From Lingula anatina (Eukaryota; Animalia; Brachiopoda), in the NCBI GenBank assembly GCA_051362555.1, contig CM120640.1, positions 46,230,788 through 46,294,787 on the forward strand: 64,000 nucleotides of DNA, read 5' to 3'. The position numbers and the translations under genes are program-made. Below the pieces are notes generated by a model. The model did not search any database. It saw nothing but the letters and a program-made list of their open reading frames with translations, and had not been told where the DNA came from. Below are positions 63,801 to 64,000 of this stretch, piece after piece. Within the stretch, counting starts at the first letter, position 1. Every line of letters starts with the position of its first letter.

Positions 63801-64000
63801 TAAAAGCCAATCATTAAATCAACACTTACAGTAACATGGATACAAAGTATCAGATGTCATAAGTGAATAACGTACCAAATATAGTAATTACGAACAAAGT
63901 CGCATGCACAGAGCTGTACATAAAATGAAATGTAAGGGTATTATGCTTTCGTGTCCAATATCTGGGTTTTGTCAGTCAATCTCGTATCCCAGCACGCTCT

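Overview
AT-rich, intron-rich animal genomic DNA (invertebrate, probably a marine lophotrochozoan or similar; inferred from gene content and repeat types, species not determinable). Reading splice sites by hand gives, in order: the 3' part of a cAMP-receptor-like/GCR1-GPR157-type 7TM gene (+), CD2BP2 (-), SANBR/KIAA1841 (+, head-to-head with CD2BP2), an ANKRD31-like RAMA-domain gene with no ankyrin repeats whose large exon is split by a 5.8-kb nested DNA transposon (+), and two convergent small orphan genes. The main result is an intact 12-exon gene (41886-48601, ~959 aa) encoding a VTC4-type polyphosphate polymerase: SPX, catalytic VTC/TTM domain with the yeast Vtc4 catalytic motifs, three DUF202 helices and an extra C-terminal beta-propeller-like domain. 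VTC polyP synthesis is established in fungi, algae and protists but generally considered absent from animals. The last ~15 kb is mostly non-coding, with a decayed Tc1 transposase, a cluster of CACGTG E-boxes and a possible spliced small-ORF transcript. All homology calls come from motif recognition, not database searches.
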